Assembly: GCA_002633005.1 (NCBI GenBank) | Contig: NMRA01000403.1 | Coordinates: 349,792 to 413,791, forward strand | Length of the DNA stretch: 64,000 nt | Direction of reading: 5' to 3' | DNA from: Phoronis australis | Taxonomy: Eukaryota > Animalia > Phoronida | Shown here: piece after piece, positions 38,572 through 51,469 of the stretch | Layout: each line of letters opens with the position of its first letter | How positions within the stretch are numbered: position 1 is the stretch's first letter | The notes under the pieces: model-generated | The model's database searches: none | Told to the model about the DNA's origin: nothing | The model's input: the letters and a program-made list of their open reading frames with translations, nothing else | Made by a program: the position numbers and the translations under genes

Positions 38572-39786
38572 ATGGCTCATAAGCGTGGTACTACTATTGT
38601 TAACAATACCAAGAGGGAGTCCAACCCGAGGACACAAAATAAAGGAGAAAATAAATTGATGTTAAAACCCAAGACGTCCCTTGTCCACTTGTATAGCAGT
38701 AAAAGAAGCTCTTTTGCCGCGAAGAAAAACACAAACACCATGTCTTCAGGTCAACTAGAGAATGCACGAAAACAGCTGACAACTAGAAACATAGGTGCAA
38801 ACGCATCTAGGGTATTCCGTTCTAAAGGTTATGTCAAGACATTTCACCTTAAAAATAAAACGCGCGATGAGAATGCCAAGAAAACAAGCCAACTTCCCGA
38901 CGGTGACCAAGCAATAGAAGACAAATTTTTCATGCTTATTAAACAGCGAGTTCGCAGTCCTGCAACGTTGTCACCAGCACCAAAACTACAATCACAAGAC
39001 GTCGAGATAAGCTCAGAAGAACAGCCTTGTGCATTTATACTCGAGAACGTAGTTCCAGATTACAGCAAATATAAATATGCGTACTACCACAGGAAACCAT
39101 TCCTTCTTGGTGACGGGGCATTTGCTCGTGTGTTCCTTGTGCAAAAGGACGGCAAAGATTATTCATTGAAAGCCTATCGACGAGGTAACAGCAGTTTGTT
39201 TGACGTCAGTGGAGAAGCCGTACAGCTGATGAAGGCTAATGCGCACAAATGTGGACCAAAATTCCGCGGCTTCTTTCCCATATCGCGAGAAGATGTTGTC
39301 TATGAGCCTTGGGCGCTACTTACAGACGTAATCTATGGGCAGACGTTGCTTGAATTCGCTGGTGAAAACTGCAAGGCTCTGCCAGCCAATGACAACAAGG
39401 TCTCTGATCACGTGTGGATTGAACTATTTCTTGATGTGGTTCAGCAGATTGCTCGACTGAACAAAGCGGGAATAGTTCTCTATGACGTCAGTGGTTCTAA
39501 TGTCATGGTCAGCTTGGAGTCCAGCGGTAATCTTAAAGCACATCTTATCGATTTTGGGAATTCGGGCACTTTTCTTCATTTCTGTGACATCAATGCCGCA
39601 CCAGAAGATGTCCAATGTGTGCGTAAACTGATGCAACACTTTAACTTCTTAACCAAACACGATTTTTTTGAAAAATCAATAAAGTTCATGAGGAGAAGAA
39701 CTGTGACTTGGGATAGTGTTATAGAGGCATTAACAGAAGAATGCTTCAATCGAAAGGTTGCAGAACAAATGCACAAGCTCGGATGA
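38572..39786 (+). CDS. Intronless atypical protein-kinase-like protein (404 aa; alternative starts at 38659 or 38740)
   Basis: Uninterrupted 1215-nt ORF. Gly-loop LGDGAFARVF, beta3 Lys (YSLKAY), alphaC Glu (GEAVQLM), catalytic loop GIVLYDVSGSNVMV and IDFG. Short C-lobe with no APE motif, and a basic N-terminal extension. TATA-like TTTATATAA near 38536 and AATAAA at 40211. Confidence 0.8.
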   Translation: MAHKRGTTIVNNTKRESNPRTQNKGENKLMLKPKTSLVHLYSSKRSSFAAKKNTNTMSSGQLENARKQLTTRNIGANASRVFRSKGYVKTFHLKNKTRDENAKKTSQLPDGDQAIEDKFFMLIKQRVRSPATLSPAPKLQSQDVEISSEEQPCAFILENVVPDYSKYKYAYYHRKPFLLGDGAFARVFLVQKDGKDYSLKAYRRGNSSLFDVSGEAVQLMKANAHKCGPKFRGFFPISREDVVYEPWALLTDVIYGQTLLEFAGENCKALPANDNKVSDHVWIELFLDVVQQIARLNKAGIVLYDVSGSNVMVSLESSGNLKAHLIDFGNSGTFLHFCDINAAPEDVQCVRKLMQHFNFLTKHDFFEKSIKFMRRRTVTWDSVIEALTEECFNRKVAEQMHKLG

Positions 39787-41178
39787 AGAACTGCAGTGCA
39801 CGACGATTATGGGTCGGAGACATTCAGCGACCATATCGATGATAGCAAGAATTATTACTGATATGGACATGTGTCCAATTGTACACGTCCTTCGCACGAT
39901 GACGTAATGTGGGGCCCATACTGTTCTCTGTCAACGACATTAGTAGTTCCATGTTCTTAACTGTACCACTCGCGTTATATATGTTCCCATAAAACTGAAC
40001 GTGTATTCGAAATTTTACATAAGCGTGGACATTAAATGCACTGGCCTAACAATGCGACTTGCCCGGCACTTAGGCCTACGTGTAATCAAACACATTAACT
40101 AGCCACGTCTGTTTGCGGGTCTTCCTCTTCGATGTACATGTATCGTACATGCGTACATGTTCTTTCCAAACCCTGCACTGAGTCCATTGCAAATCGTCAG
40201 GGGAACGTTTAATAAATCCATAAACTAGCTACCCAGACACCTCCCATTTTTTCCGGGGCCTTGCATAAAACGGTCACAAATAGGGACTCAATAAGTTTCC
40301 CTGAATCTATTGCGTATTTCTTTCGTTCCTTAGACATAGATGTTACCCTTTTCTATCACTTTATTCTTTATTGTGAACTTTGACTAATGACATTTTCCAA
40401 TAATATAACTAAAATCTTACCACTTAACTGAGTCATAATAATTAGGAATTTAGTCGTTGCGTAAGGGGTGGTGCACGAAAACATTCCTATTTCATTCCCA
40501 TTGAGAATTCAACGTAGAGTTTACTCTCGATTTGCATCAAAGCCAAAAATAGACTTAGTAATGAGACTCAAACAGCATATAAAAGGACAATCAGTGTTTT
40601 CGCAAACCCTTAGATAAACAGTAGTTAAAGGGAACTTAGATGAGTTGGGACTGTTTCAAGCAACTGGCACAGAATACTTAACGTCAAGCTTTGCCTCTTT
40701 GTAATACTGCACATTGCCAACAATCAAATACAATAGTTCAAATGCCAGGGGGTTGTTTCTTCGTTTGTGTTTAAGTATTGAGGAAAACATCGAAAATAAA
40801 GTTTGATTTCCAGTAAAAAGATTAGACCCAGAACCAATGCTATATTTTTTTTTGTCTTTTGAAGTTTAAAAATTGAAACTGAAGTAAAATGGTTTTGCGG
40901 GGCGAATCCCACTCGCAGAAACAATTGTTCAACTTCATTTGTTCCCGAAGACACCCACTTAAGTCGATGTTTCATGGTCTTCTACTTGACTTGGCTTCTT
41001 AGTCCGTTATGTCTTCGAAGAGTTTAGTGACCTTATTCGCTCCACGATATGGGGTTGCTTTCTAGCAACGAAGAAACACAAAAAGTGGACAACACTTCAA
41101 AGATTTATTAATATACTCAGGTCATTAGGAATAGGGCAGGAAGGACAGGTTGCCCCAAGAACGCTACACCCCACAATG

Positions 41179-41366
41179 CATGCACGCACCCTGCCTCAAG
41201 TATAGGGGGCTCGAATTTTTGAGGATGTGCACCTTTTACTTAAAAAACGAGGTGCGTTCAAAGCTACGAACTGTGCTTTCTCCGGATTTTCTCTCGTTTT
41301 CTCTCGGACTTTTTGTTTTTCTAAGGCGGAGCTTTATGCCCACTTCGCCCCCAGGGTGCGTGCATG
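41179..41366. mobile_element. 188-bp MITE with perfect 15-bp TIR and 5-bp TSD
   Basis: CAATG-[CATGCACGCACCCTG...CAGGGTGCGTGCATG]-CAATG. A related end CATGCGCGCACCCAG lies at about 49148. Confidence 0.75.
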
Positions 41367-43002
41367 CAATGTAATATTGGGACGGTACATGGGTTGCTTC
41401 TGTATATTTCAAGAGACAAATGTTATGTAGTCCATTCCAATCTGCAACTGTCTGACTTGATGAAAACCATCATTTGTTATAGTCTGTCCTGTTATGCTCT
41501 TCCGGTACTTACAGTGAATCAATGCCTGGATATGCTGCATGTAGGACATAGTAGGTAGAATTTATGACCATTGACTTTTGTCATATACATTTTGTGGCGG
41601 GGTGTTGTCAATATAAATGTACTAGTAATAGAATTATGTACCCGTAAAAGTCGGATCCAACTGAATCGAGGGATTAAATTAGAGTTGGTTGAAATCTGAC
41701 TTTTTGCTGAAGTAGAGTACCAGTACAGTATCTTTGTACCAGCTAAACATGTCTCATTTACGTCACGGTGTGTTTTAATTGCGTGATGGTGATTTTTTGC
41801 AATAAATCAAAACTTCATTGTTTGAACTGGTAACCTTATCTCAGTGTGATGTTTTTAAAAGTGTGAACATTTTTGTTGTCCTTCTTCCTTCTGGATGACC
41901 AATCAGATCAAGGTGTGTGCGATTCCTAACATCATGGTCGGATCCAAAGGGTACTGACATTGATTTGTATAAAAACTAATATTGCAAACGGATTTTTAAA
42001 ACTCTAGATCCGCCTATATATATGTATTGCAGTCGTAGTGTTGAGACAATGTAGTTTTAAATTGTACAAACTACTAGTTCACCATGTTAAGATGAATTAG
42101 GTACTAGAACAAGTAATACCTGGTAGTTTAAAAACGTAGCGTATTACAGAAGTAACATTTTCTAGAGACAGCTCAGCACCCCCCACTTGCGTTTTATTTT
42201 TGAAAAATACGCCTGCATATCGATGCAATTATTATTCCTTGGTATAGCCTGAAGTAGACAATTCCCATCACCCTTTTGGAAATTGGATCCATGCAAATGC
42301 ATACTTCAACCCCCGGCTTCGGACAGCCCAAGCAGTCGTGTTCCAAATTTCAGTTAAACTAGTCGAGGTCGAGGAAACATCATCAAATTTAGCTGAGTGA
42401 GCCCTTTGGAACTATTCATACTGTAGACCTTCGGGATGAACCAACGCTGACAAAAATAAGCCCAGACTAAAAACTTTGGGAATGCAGTGATTTAAAACTG
42501 CGCGCCAGGTAGCGGCCACCTTGGCAGCTGATCGTCTTGTCGGTTTATGAACAACTGAAAAATAGGTTCTATACAATTATAACGACAAAAAGTATGACTG
42601 TGTATTCCCACTTAGTTTAATTAAAGGAAATATTTTCCACACTTTATAAAATGCCTACATTTCAGTGATTGTCTTTTCGACTGAGCCGGCAAAAGCTCCA
42701 AGGCCCTAGCAGCACTCCATGAGAATTTCAGCCAAAACATTTGAGATTTTGTGCGTGCAATGGCTTACATGTATATGGCCGTTTAAGCAATGCGTGGGTC
42801 ACGTGTTTACACTGCTTTATGTTACCAATATTTTAATACCTCGTTAGTATGTAAAATTTCGAATTTTATTGTGAAAATTTCCCGGCTTCCATAAGGCCAC
42901 CGTGCTCCTGTTTACGTATCGTTCATCACCAATATGGCGGACCGCGTGTCACGCACTGTCTGGCTTGCGAGCAGTGTCGTGTCGTCTCTCTATATATCTC
43001 AT

Positions 43003-43615
43003 TGGCGACACCAGTAAAACGCAACGCTACAATTATCTATGGTACGGTCTTGAAACCGGGAGAATTGCTTATTGTAAACTCTTGGATTAGAGCCCACATT
43101 CATACGATTGAAAGAACAGAGAAAATATTAAAATACAACGATTCCGAAAAGAGAAGAAAATGTATTGCTTATTGGAAAGTAAATGTGGCGTTCCAGATTC
43201 TAGCCTCTGGTGTTCTTTAGTCACGTTTTACGCTGTCCCCCACCTGGGGAAGCAATCGGCATATTTCTTGAAAATGATTTGGTTTAATCGATCAGGGGAG
43301 AGGCCCCGACAAAAGTACATGTATACTCGCCATAATGAAAACGACAATGCTGTATGTTATTCGGCAACGGCTTGTGTCAGCACTTGCCCTCACTCTTCTG
43401 GGGTGAATGTCACTGCGCTGTTGCCATCACTGAGTCACCTCCGTTATTGGCCTCGTCAAGCTAGACCCACGGAAGCAATTAACAAGGTGTTTACGGACAA
43501 AAACGCATTTTGGGATTATTCATTAGATGGGATGATCTCCTTGAAAATATAAGCTTTCACTGATTGAACAAGAAAATACGGCATTCACTGCAGCTCATTT
43601 GGCACCAATTCACAG
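43003..43615 (+). repeat. Diverged dispersed repeat, copy 2
   Basis: See 31165-31780. Confidence 0.75.
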
Positions 43616-44731
43616 CTGTTATCAAGTGCCACTAGACATTTGTTGAAGTCAAGACTCCACCAGTTAAAAACATGTAGATACAGGGTTAAAACTTACTCGA
43701 AGAGGCACTGTGGCCCGTCAGCGGACCGTGTCGCAGCCGGTGACGGAAATGGAGGGTTGGAAGGTTTCATAGTGAGACCGGCGCACTGACTCGGATCTGG
43801 AAGTCAGTTGTTCTATTCAGTGTCTTCGATAACCATGTCCCTTTAATGGGCACGTCAGTTTAGACAGTATCTGTGTAGAAGAAGATTCTAAGACGACATT
43901 TTGTCGCACAGTTTCAGTTGCCCAGCATCATAGCAACGACCCGGGCTGTGTTTTCGTGACTACGGGTTGAAACATGACGTATTTCTTTCCGAAAAGACTA
44001 GGCCATCAATCTGTCGATTTTGGGACAAAACATTGGCCCTATTCCCGTCTCAAAAATATTGAAAGATCACGCGAAATTCCCCTCACGAGGCCTAAAAACT
44101 CCCCTGAAGTGATTGAAAATTTCCCCTCGAAGTTCAAATCACTTGTAACCCGCACAGGTAACAATTTGAAAGGGCACAAAATGCTTCTTGAGACATAGCC
44201 TATGAGAGCTGGCTACAGAGCGGGGGTGTTATTGGTGGTGATCGGTAGGTAGAATTTCTCCCTCACTCGGCGAAAAACTCCCCTCTCAGAAGGCACAGGC
44301 AGTTTCCCCTTGGATGAACGAGTTTTTTAATTAATATATTTGTGTACAATAATTGTATATACATTTATTTGTATGTATTTACCCCAAATACAACATACAT
44401 ATCAGAATGTTTAGTTGTACCCAAGTTATCCCAACTTATCTCAACTTATCCTGTCATCACCACTGATGCATACCTGTTGCTGACATCATGTTTGTTATCA
44501 AACTGCCCCTGCAGGTGGCGCAGCGATTAGTGGGAATATTTGAATTAGATGAAATGCGTGATTGGTGTCTCTATCGCCAGGATTATGACGGACGGCTTAA
44601 TTGACCAATCAGAACGCAGAATTCTTGGCACACCTTCGTCTGCGTTTCCAAGCCGCCATTTTACCCGACAAACAACACGTAGCCGAGTAAAACTTACTTT
44701 AGTCTATAGCTCTAGAAATTGTCCGCTAAGA

Positions 44732-44945
44732 ATGGGGAAACGGTGTTGATATGGCGTGTGTAGCACCGACAGCCGTTATGCTGCTCCAGAATAATGATTT
44801 TTTGGCATGTCCTAAGCCGAAAAATGATGTTGAAAAGCGTAAACTATGGATCAAACTGTACGGCCACACGAGCAGCTGAACTAAGCGATGTTGCTTGATA
44901 ACTCGAAGGCTATAACAAACACAAATATATTAGTTCCAAGATACG
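44732..44945 (+). pseudogene. Degenerate THAP zinc-finger coding relic inside a TIR element of about 490 bp (about 44566-45055)
   Basis: Across stops and frameshifts it reads MGKRC*YGVCSTDSRY...PKPKNDVEKRKLWIKL..(R)PHEQLN...INKHKYISSK, matching the THAP CxxxxC/P/W/CSxHF pattern. The upstream CCAAT segment is shared with 57230-57340. Confidence 0.65.
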
Positions 44946-47617
44946 CACTTTTCAGCTTGGTGGCTATGGTGCAGATTTTGACTCCCGAGTTTCCTACGTC
45001 TGGCCGCCTTTGTCTCGGCACCTGGTGGATCTCAGCACTCTAGCGATAGTCCCCGGAAATTGTTGTTTTCAAGGACATTTTTATTTTATTTTTTATTTAT
45101 TTCAACCTAATGAACATTATTTTGTTTAATATCAGAGGTACATTTTTGTTATTCATAAACCGTAGCCTGGCGTTCAACTGAACTTCTCTCCCGGTCAAAA
45201 TTCAGAGATTCGATCGGCACAGGGAAGGGCACTGGATTACTGCCGGAACTCAAAGCCTTGGTCGAGCTGTTGTCACTAAAAATAAACTGTTGAATTACTT
45301 TATGACGTGTACCTCTAGTATACACTATGTCTGTAGAGTTAGAGAGAGCTCATTTTGAAGTTGTTCAAAAATGATATTTAGATTTATGAAGCTTTAAAAA
45401 AGAATTTGAGTTATTTTTGTAAATACCCTATTTTTGCAACTACTACCTGTACTGTACAGTACGCCTCGCTGATCATGACGGGTTTCAGCTTGCATCAAGT
45501 CGCTTTTATTTTTGAAAGTATATGCAACTAAAAATATGTTGGTTATCGCATCAATTATCAAAAATTAAAAAACACTGAGGAGAACAAACATGCTATCTTC
45601 GTTGTCCTGACCGACTTTATTTCTGCTACTTGCCAAATGTTTTTAATCAAGAAATTTGTGTTAACGCAAATAGAAATAGGTTACTGTGTAAAATTATTCA
45701 GTTTTTGCTCACTACTTAGTGTTGGGCACATTTGAGATTCAGTGTAGACACTACGTGCTTAGCAGGTAGTTTGGAGACTATTATGCATAATTGATGATAT
45801 TCAATGCATTTTGATTTATAAAACGTTTACCCAAGCGCACATGCAATATAAGTAAGATAGTTGACGCACGACGCCCGTGAAAGGAAATGGCGACTAGTAA
45901 CATAGAACACCCTCTGTTGGAGAGTTGAACACCAGAGTCGCAGAAAAGTTTGGAGTTTTTGGACCTGGGGGACAAAGTGAAAGAATATGGCTTACCCTTG
46001 GGGTTAACAACTTTACAGTTTTATGAAATCTGTGTATTTTGCTAAACGATAACTATAAATATATGGAATTCACAGTATCTCAGGGTAAGTATATTTTTTT
46101 GAAATTATAAAGAAAAGGTGGGATATTGGACGTGGTCAACAATGTCTTTGTAGTAAAAGTAAGAAAAAATAGCCGAAATAAAACAACAAAATCCGTCGTA
46201 ATCTTGTGATTTTGCTACAAATCGCCAATTGAGATCCGTTGTATGCCTGAAGTTCGTTGAAATCAAAGCCGGCGATGACTTTTATAATCAAGAATCCTTG
46301 TTTGTTTATCGCAGAGGACGGCTAAGTAGCACTATCAACACCGTACTCGAGGCGGACTTTGTGACAACGCGAGTGAATGGGCATGCAATAAATAATCACC
46401 GGTATTCTTAATGCGCTCCCAATTGAAGCATAGCAGGTTCTCAGGAAAAAAATGAGTTTGTGACAATCGTGAATTTGTGGGTATGGCATAACTCCAACTT
46501 TTTGCCAATCTAGTGGCGATCATTCACAAAAATAATGGTTTTGAGTAACCTTTCTCTCGCGTCCGCTTACGTGGAGAACGCACGTGAAATGGTTTCTTTA
46601 AACTAAGTATTTACATATTCAAAATGATGGGCGAAGCGTGAACTCGAAAACGCCGGCACTTTACAATGCATTCCAAAATTTGTTGAGCACTGGAGTTTCG
46701 CAGGAAGGAGTAAAAGTTGGTGGTAATCCTGAATATGTTAGTAATGACATAATTCCAAATTCTTAACCGTCTACTGAAGATCTTATTTTTAAAAAATAAT
46801 GGTTTTAAGTTTTCGTGCACGTACATAGGAAATGCACGCGAAATAGTTTGTTTAAGGCCCGACTTCGGATATACATGTAGGCTCACATTGGTTTTGTCCT
46901 TGTTGGACACCATTTTTCAGTCATTAAGAAATCTCAGATATAAACAGTTATAAGTTAGTGTAATTCAATGTACTCCAGTCATAAAACGCTGCTTGTCATC
47001 AACATAAGTTACAATTTTATTTTCAATAAAATGTTGTTCATGAAAAGCAGGTCAAGTTTGAAAGAAAACGGCCCCCCGTTCAGTAACGCTAGGACCTCGC
47101 TAAAAAGCAAGACTTCGTGAAATTACGTGAGATGTGGCCGTGTATTTTAAATGAGAACACGTGACTTTGGCTAGATTTTAGCTGGGTCCTAGCGTAGGTC
47201 CTAGCGTTATTGAACACACTCCGAGTGAGTCTACATGTATGCGAAATGGGCCATTACCTGGTCTTACACATATGAACATGTTAAACATAGGTGCATGAGA
47301 CAACATGCAAACCACTTGGGTAAAGAGAGGCCGCAAAGGTATCGTTTCGGATATAGGACCAATGATCGAAAGGCGCGGCAACACGGTATGATTGTGCACA
47401 ATTTCTAGGCTTTAAATGCCATTTTACATGTATATTCATGGATTTTGTTTATTTTTGTCATTTGACACTTAATTGCAACTCAGTTTAAAGATGATGATCG
47501 GCTTTCCGATACGACTTCTTGACATATTGAAGAACTTTATAGCACAATATTAGCCTCGAATGGCAGATACAACCGTGTAATAACCCATAAAGTAATTTCA
47601 CTATTGAGATAACATTT

Positions 47618-47702
47618 TGGCGGGAAACCGAGGACGGTTTCGAACCCGGGCTAAAGATAAGAGTTTCGAGTCGCCGACTTTACCACTTCACCACTCAGCG
47701 GC
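47618..47702 (-). mobile_element. tRNA-derived SINE head or tRNA pseudogene
   Basis: The minus strand reads GCCGCTGAGTGGTGAAGTGGTAAAGTCGGCGACTCG...CCGGGTTCGAAACCG, with a Pol III A-box and B-box but no clean cloverleaf. Confidence 0.5.
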
Positions 47703-47729
47703 TGACGTCATCGACCATGAAAATAGAAT

Positions 47730-48720
47730 ACTTAAAGTCCTGCTCTCAAACTGCCCATGTGGTTCCAGTATCCGAAAATACTTACTACATAAAATCGTAT
47801 TTTCGACACCGTTTCTTTATATTCTTTTCGCCTTTCTTGCCAAAAGCGATTTTTAACCGTATTTGACCCTTCTCTGTGAGCGTATAATTACCGGCTTTCA
47901 TCGTTATTTCCGTACCCACATTTCCGGCTCATCAGTTCAGGAACTTGTCCTGAACGCCGCCATTTTCCCTTGTAACTGAATGTGCTATCGCTTGCTCGAA
48001 AAGTCTTCGTTATTTTGTTTTATTAGTAATATCTCGTGATTAGTTTGCATATGTAGTGTATGTATAGTTTGTAGTTAGTTGTCGTTGAATTTTTTTGGAA
48101 TGTTACGCGTACTTATTATGTTAAAATAGCATTGGTGTTTAGTTCCTTACGTAGGCCGGTCGAACCTAGGAACCAATATGGGTCGAACCAATTTTTTTCG
48201 TTTTGATTTTTTTTTTCTCGTTTTGAAAAAGTACTTTGCTATCATCGGAAAGTTACAGTAGTGAATTCTACACAGAAAAATCCAAAAAGTATCAAATTCG
48301 GGGCAAGCAGTGTAAAGTTATTGCAATTTTTGTGGCGAAATTTGGGTCACTTTGTATGGATCGCCTCGGCCACATTGGAGGACAGCGGGATAAGTTACGG
48401 GTTTAAAACTTTGTGTAAATTGTTTTCGCCAACAAATTACGGTGAAATTTAGTTAGACATATCTTTACTTACTATTATGCACAATTCAACAGTGTTCACC
48501 AAATTTCAGTCTCGCAGTTGTTACTCATTAAGTGATAAATGTGCTCAGAATTCAAGTTGGACTTCGTCTCATTGCTGGCGGCACCGACAACATGGCAAAT
48601 TTTGCTGAACTGAAAGGCATGTTCAATCGGCTAATTTGTAATTTGTGAAGATGTAACGTTGATACATTTTGACAAACGTTGCTACAAAAGAAGGAACTTT
48701 GTTCATTTTTTGTGTTTTTT
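47730..48720 (+). repeat. Dispersed repeat of about 1 kb, copy 2; begins TTAA-AGTCC (Kolobok-like end)
   Basis: Matches 35750-36727. Left boundary TTAAAGTCCTGCTCTCAAACTGCC. Confidence 0.8.
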
Positions 48721-49321
48721 TTGCAAAAATATAAGATATGTTCGAATTATTTTACTGTGAATTTCCCATTCAGGTGATCTTACACTAAGCTAAAAAATAG
48801 TTGAAATAATTTTGAAAGGGTTTTTTGTTTGACTGTCAACTGCTGTTCAAGATTTGATTCTGTGTCACAAAATGATTCATATTTTTCTAAATTTTAAGTC
48901 TCAATTGCTTTCAAGTCATGTTTTATAACTTATTGCTTCTTAATTCAGGTTATCAAGTCAACAATATGAATAATCTTAATTTGAGAAACAATCTGTGTTG
49001 GATTGTGAAGCTTCAAGACTCCAATTCTTGTTCCTTGCAACTTCATATTTTTTTTAATCATGCTTGTCAAATTCTGGTGTAAGGAAACACTATTCGGTCA
49101 CCATTACATGTCAGTCCACTTTCATAACATGGAAACTTATGCTATTGCATGCGCGCACCCAGGGGGGGGGGGCTTGGGGGCCCCCCATTTGGCGAATTGG
49201 GCAAAAAAGTCCGCCCCTAAGAGACAAACAGCCCGAGAAAATGGGACAAAAGTCCACTAAAGAAGCGCAAAGTTTCTTGTCATAATTTCATGAAAATGAT
49301 ATTTCTACATACGCGACAGTT

Positions 49322-49468
49322 TCGTGAGCAGTTACTAGACAGACACTCGCCTTATTGTGAGCGGTTAGCTATTCAGACACTCCGCACATTCTGAGCAGTT
49401 AGCTAGTCAGACACTCGGCTCATAGTTGTGAGCAGTTAGCTAGTCAGACACTCAGCTCACTGTGAGCA
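49322..49468 (+). repeat. Tandem repeat of about 34-38 bp, about 4 copies
   Basis: Unit approximately GTGAGCAGTTAGCTAGTCAGACACTCGGCTCAT. Confidence 0.8.
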
Positions 49469-51469
49469 TTTCAACCCATTCTACAAAAGATGCATACACG
49501 AAAACTAATTCATGTTCTTGTTGGAGCATCTAATGCCAACGCCATCCCAAGCATTCAGTGTTCTATTGTCCAACAGTTCACTGCTACAGTCTCGTTTTGA
49601 ACAGAAGGTAATCGAAAATCAAAATTCGCAGCCATTGATATTCACAGTTAGCGAGAAATGCAGCGATAAAGAGACAAATGAAAGTGGCTTTAACAGATCT
49701 TTATTTTACCTTGGTCGTCAGCACGTTCATTTAACTGTGCAAATTTCAAACGTTTCAATGCTGTTGTTCACGCGGTCTGAAAATCAAGAGTGAAACGTTA
49801 ATCATGTAATAACAGACGTGATATAATCGAGTACAAAATGAAAGACACTTGTGTTGAGTACAGACTGAGATAGAGTCTAGAATTTTCAAACTACGAGTCA
49901 GAGTTTTCCATGTAGTTCAAGTTTGAAGAATGGATTTCCGACAGCAATGTGGACATGTTCCGATGCGAACAAAGTCCTAAATCACAACTTTTGTAACTTC
50001 CAGCAAAATAATTTTCATTAAGTTACGTATCTGTCTGGCTCCTTCTATTGGGACTGACTGGGTCAAGCACAAAATTCGTCACCCTCTGTTGATTGTCACA
50101 GACAAAAACTGCAAGAACCCCTCTTGAATGAAGGAGAGGTCAGATTAAGTTATCTGACTCGTGGCCCAGGGCCTTGTAGCTGGTGTAGTCTATGAATACC
50201 AGACGAGAGTGACGAAATCGTCACGCAAACCAGTCAGTCACCAATGCCCAGCGGTAGGAGCGAGGTCGCTCCGTCTAAAACGTCAGGATGATAATTTCGC
50301 AGAAAGTTCCAGACGATTCGTAATTTTTCCATCTAGTTCTTCAACTGAATGAGTTCACGGTAACTCCGCCATGTGGGGTTTAAAATGATATTTTAGATAT
50401 ACTGTAGGATAATAACTACAAGATAAATTATTCACAATTCCTGGACACAGGGGGTCTAATTTCCAAATTCAGGCTCGTCTCACACATGGACTCTGAATTT
50501 AGTCAATCGTCTAATTTCCCTAAAATGTTTGCGTATTTCGTTCATAGCTCACATGTGTGATCGTTTTCTGCCATCTTATCTTCGTTAAGAGCTCTTTTTG
50601 GTTGACGACAAAATCTAGTAAAATAACTAAAAACTGAGTCTTTAGTTCAATAGAGACTTAGTCCAAAAATTAGGGTCGGTGCCTTAACAGTTCACAGACT
50701 GCTTATGTTCTCGATTTAACTTAGTAACAAATCCACAGCGGATAATGAGTGTAATCATATATCTACAGTAAATTTAGGGAGCTTAGTTGAGTCTCTACTT
50801 GGGTCAGTTGCATTGAGACAAGTGGGCATTGGTTCCAAATTATCTTTCATCAACATCTTGCCGACGCCGCCTTGCTGTTAGTCCGGGAGCCAGTAGGGTG
50901 AACCTGGATTTGTCGGATTACTTTTTTCTTTGCAGTTTCATGTAGCCCAGGGTTAAGAGGCCATGATTTAGGGGAGTGACCGTTCGTAATCCTCGAGGAT
51001 TATGCAAATTAAGGTCGTCACTATGACAAATTCGATTATTGCTCATAATGTCCTTACCAAGCACTGCAGGTACATTATTTTGACGTTTTCACCCATCCTT
51101 TCATTGTCCCCAAATTTAGTAGAGCAAGTTTTTTGGTGGATTCATCTCCAGTTTGCATAATTTATGCAAATATAAGCGGCCATTATTAGAACTTCTGTTT
51201 CTGCTCGTAACTTTCTTACGGGGGTACTACACTGTACATGAAGAATATTCTGGTATTGGACTGGTGAATTGAATGAAATGTCATTACATCATCGATTTAA
51301 ATAATCTGTAATTTATTTCACCCATTACAAATTTTAGTTTTGTCCGATACCCAGAGTAGATCTAGTAAATGATCAAATTATTTAATTGCATGAACACAGG
51401 ACAGTAACCTATCGAATAGGGCATAATCAGAAGATGCTTCAAATGCCATTTCGAAACTCAGAACGTGAG

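Noticed and set aside
47618-47702. Functional tRNA gene
   Set aside because: A and B boxes are present, but I could not fold convincing acceptor and anticodon stems; more likely a SINE head or pseudogene.
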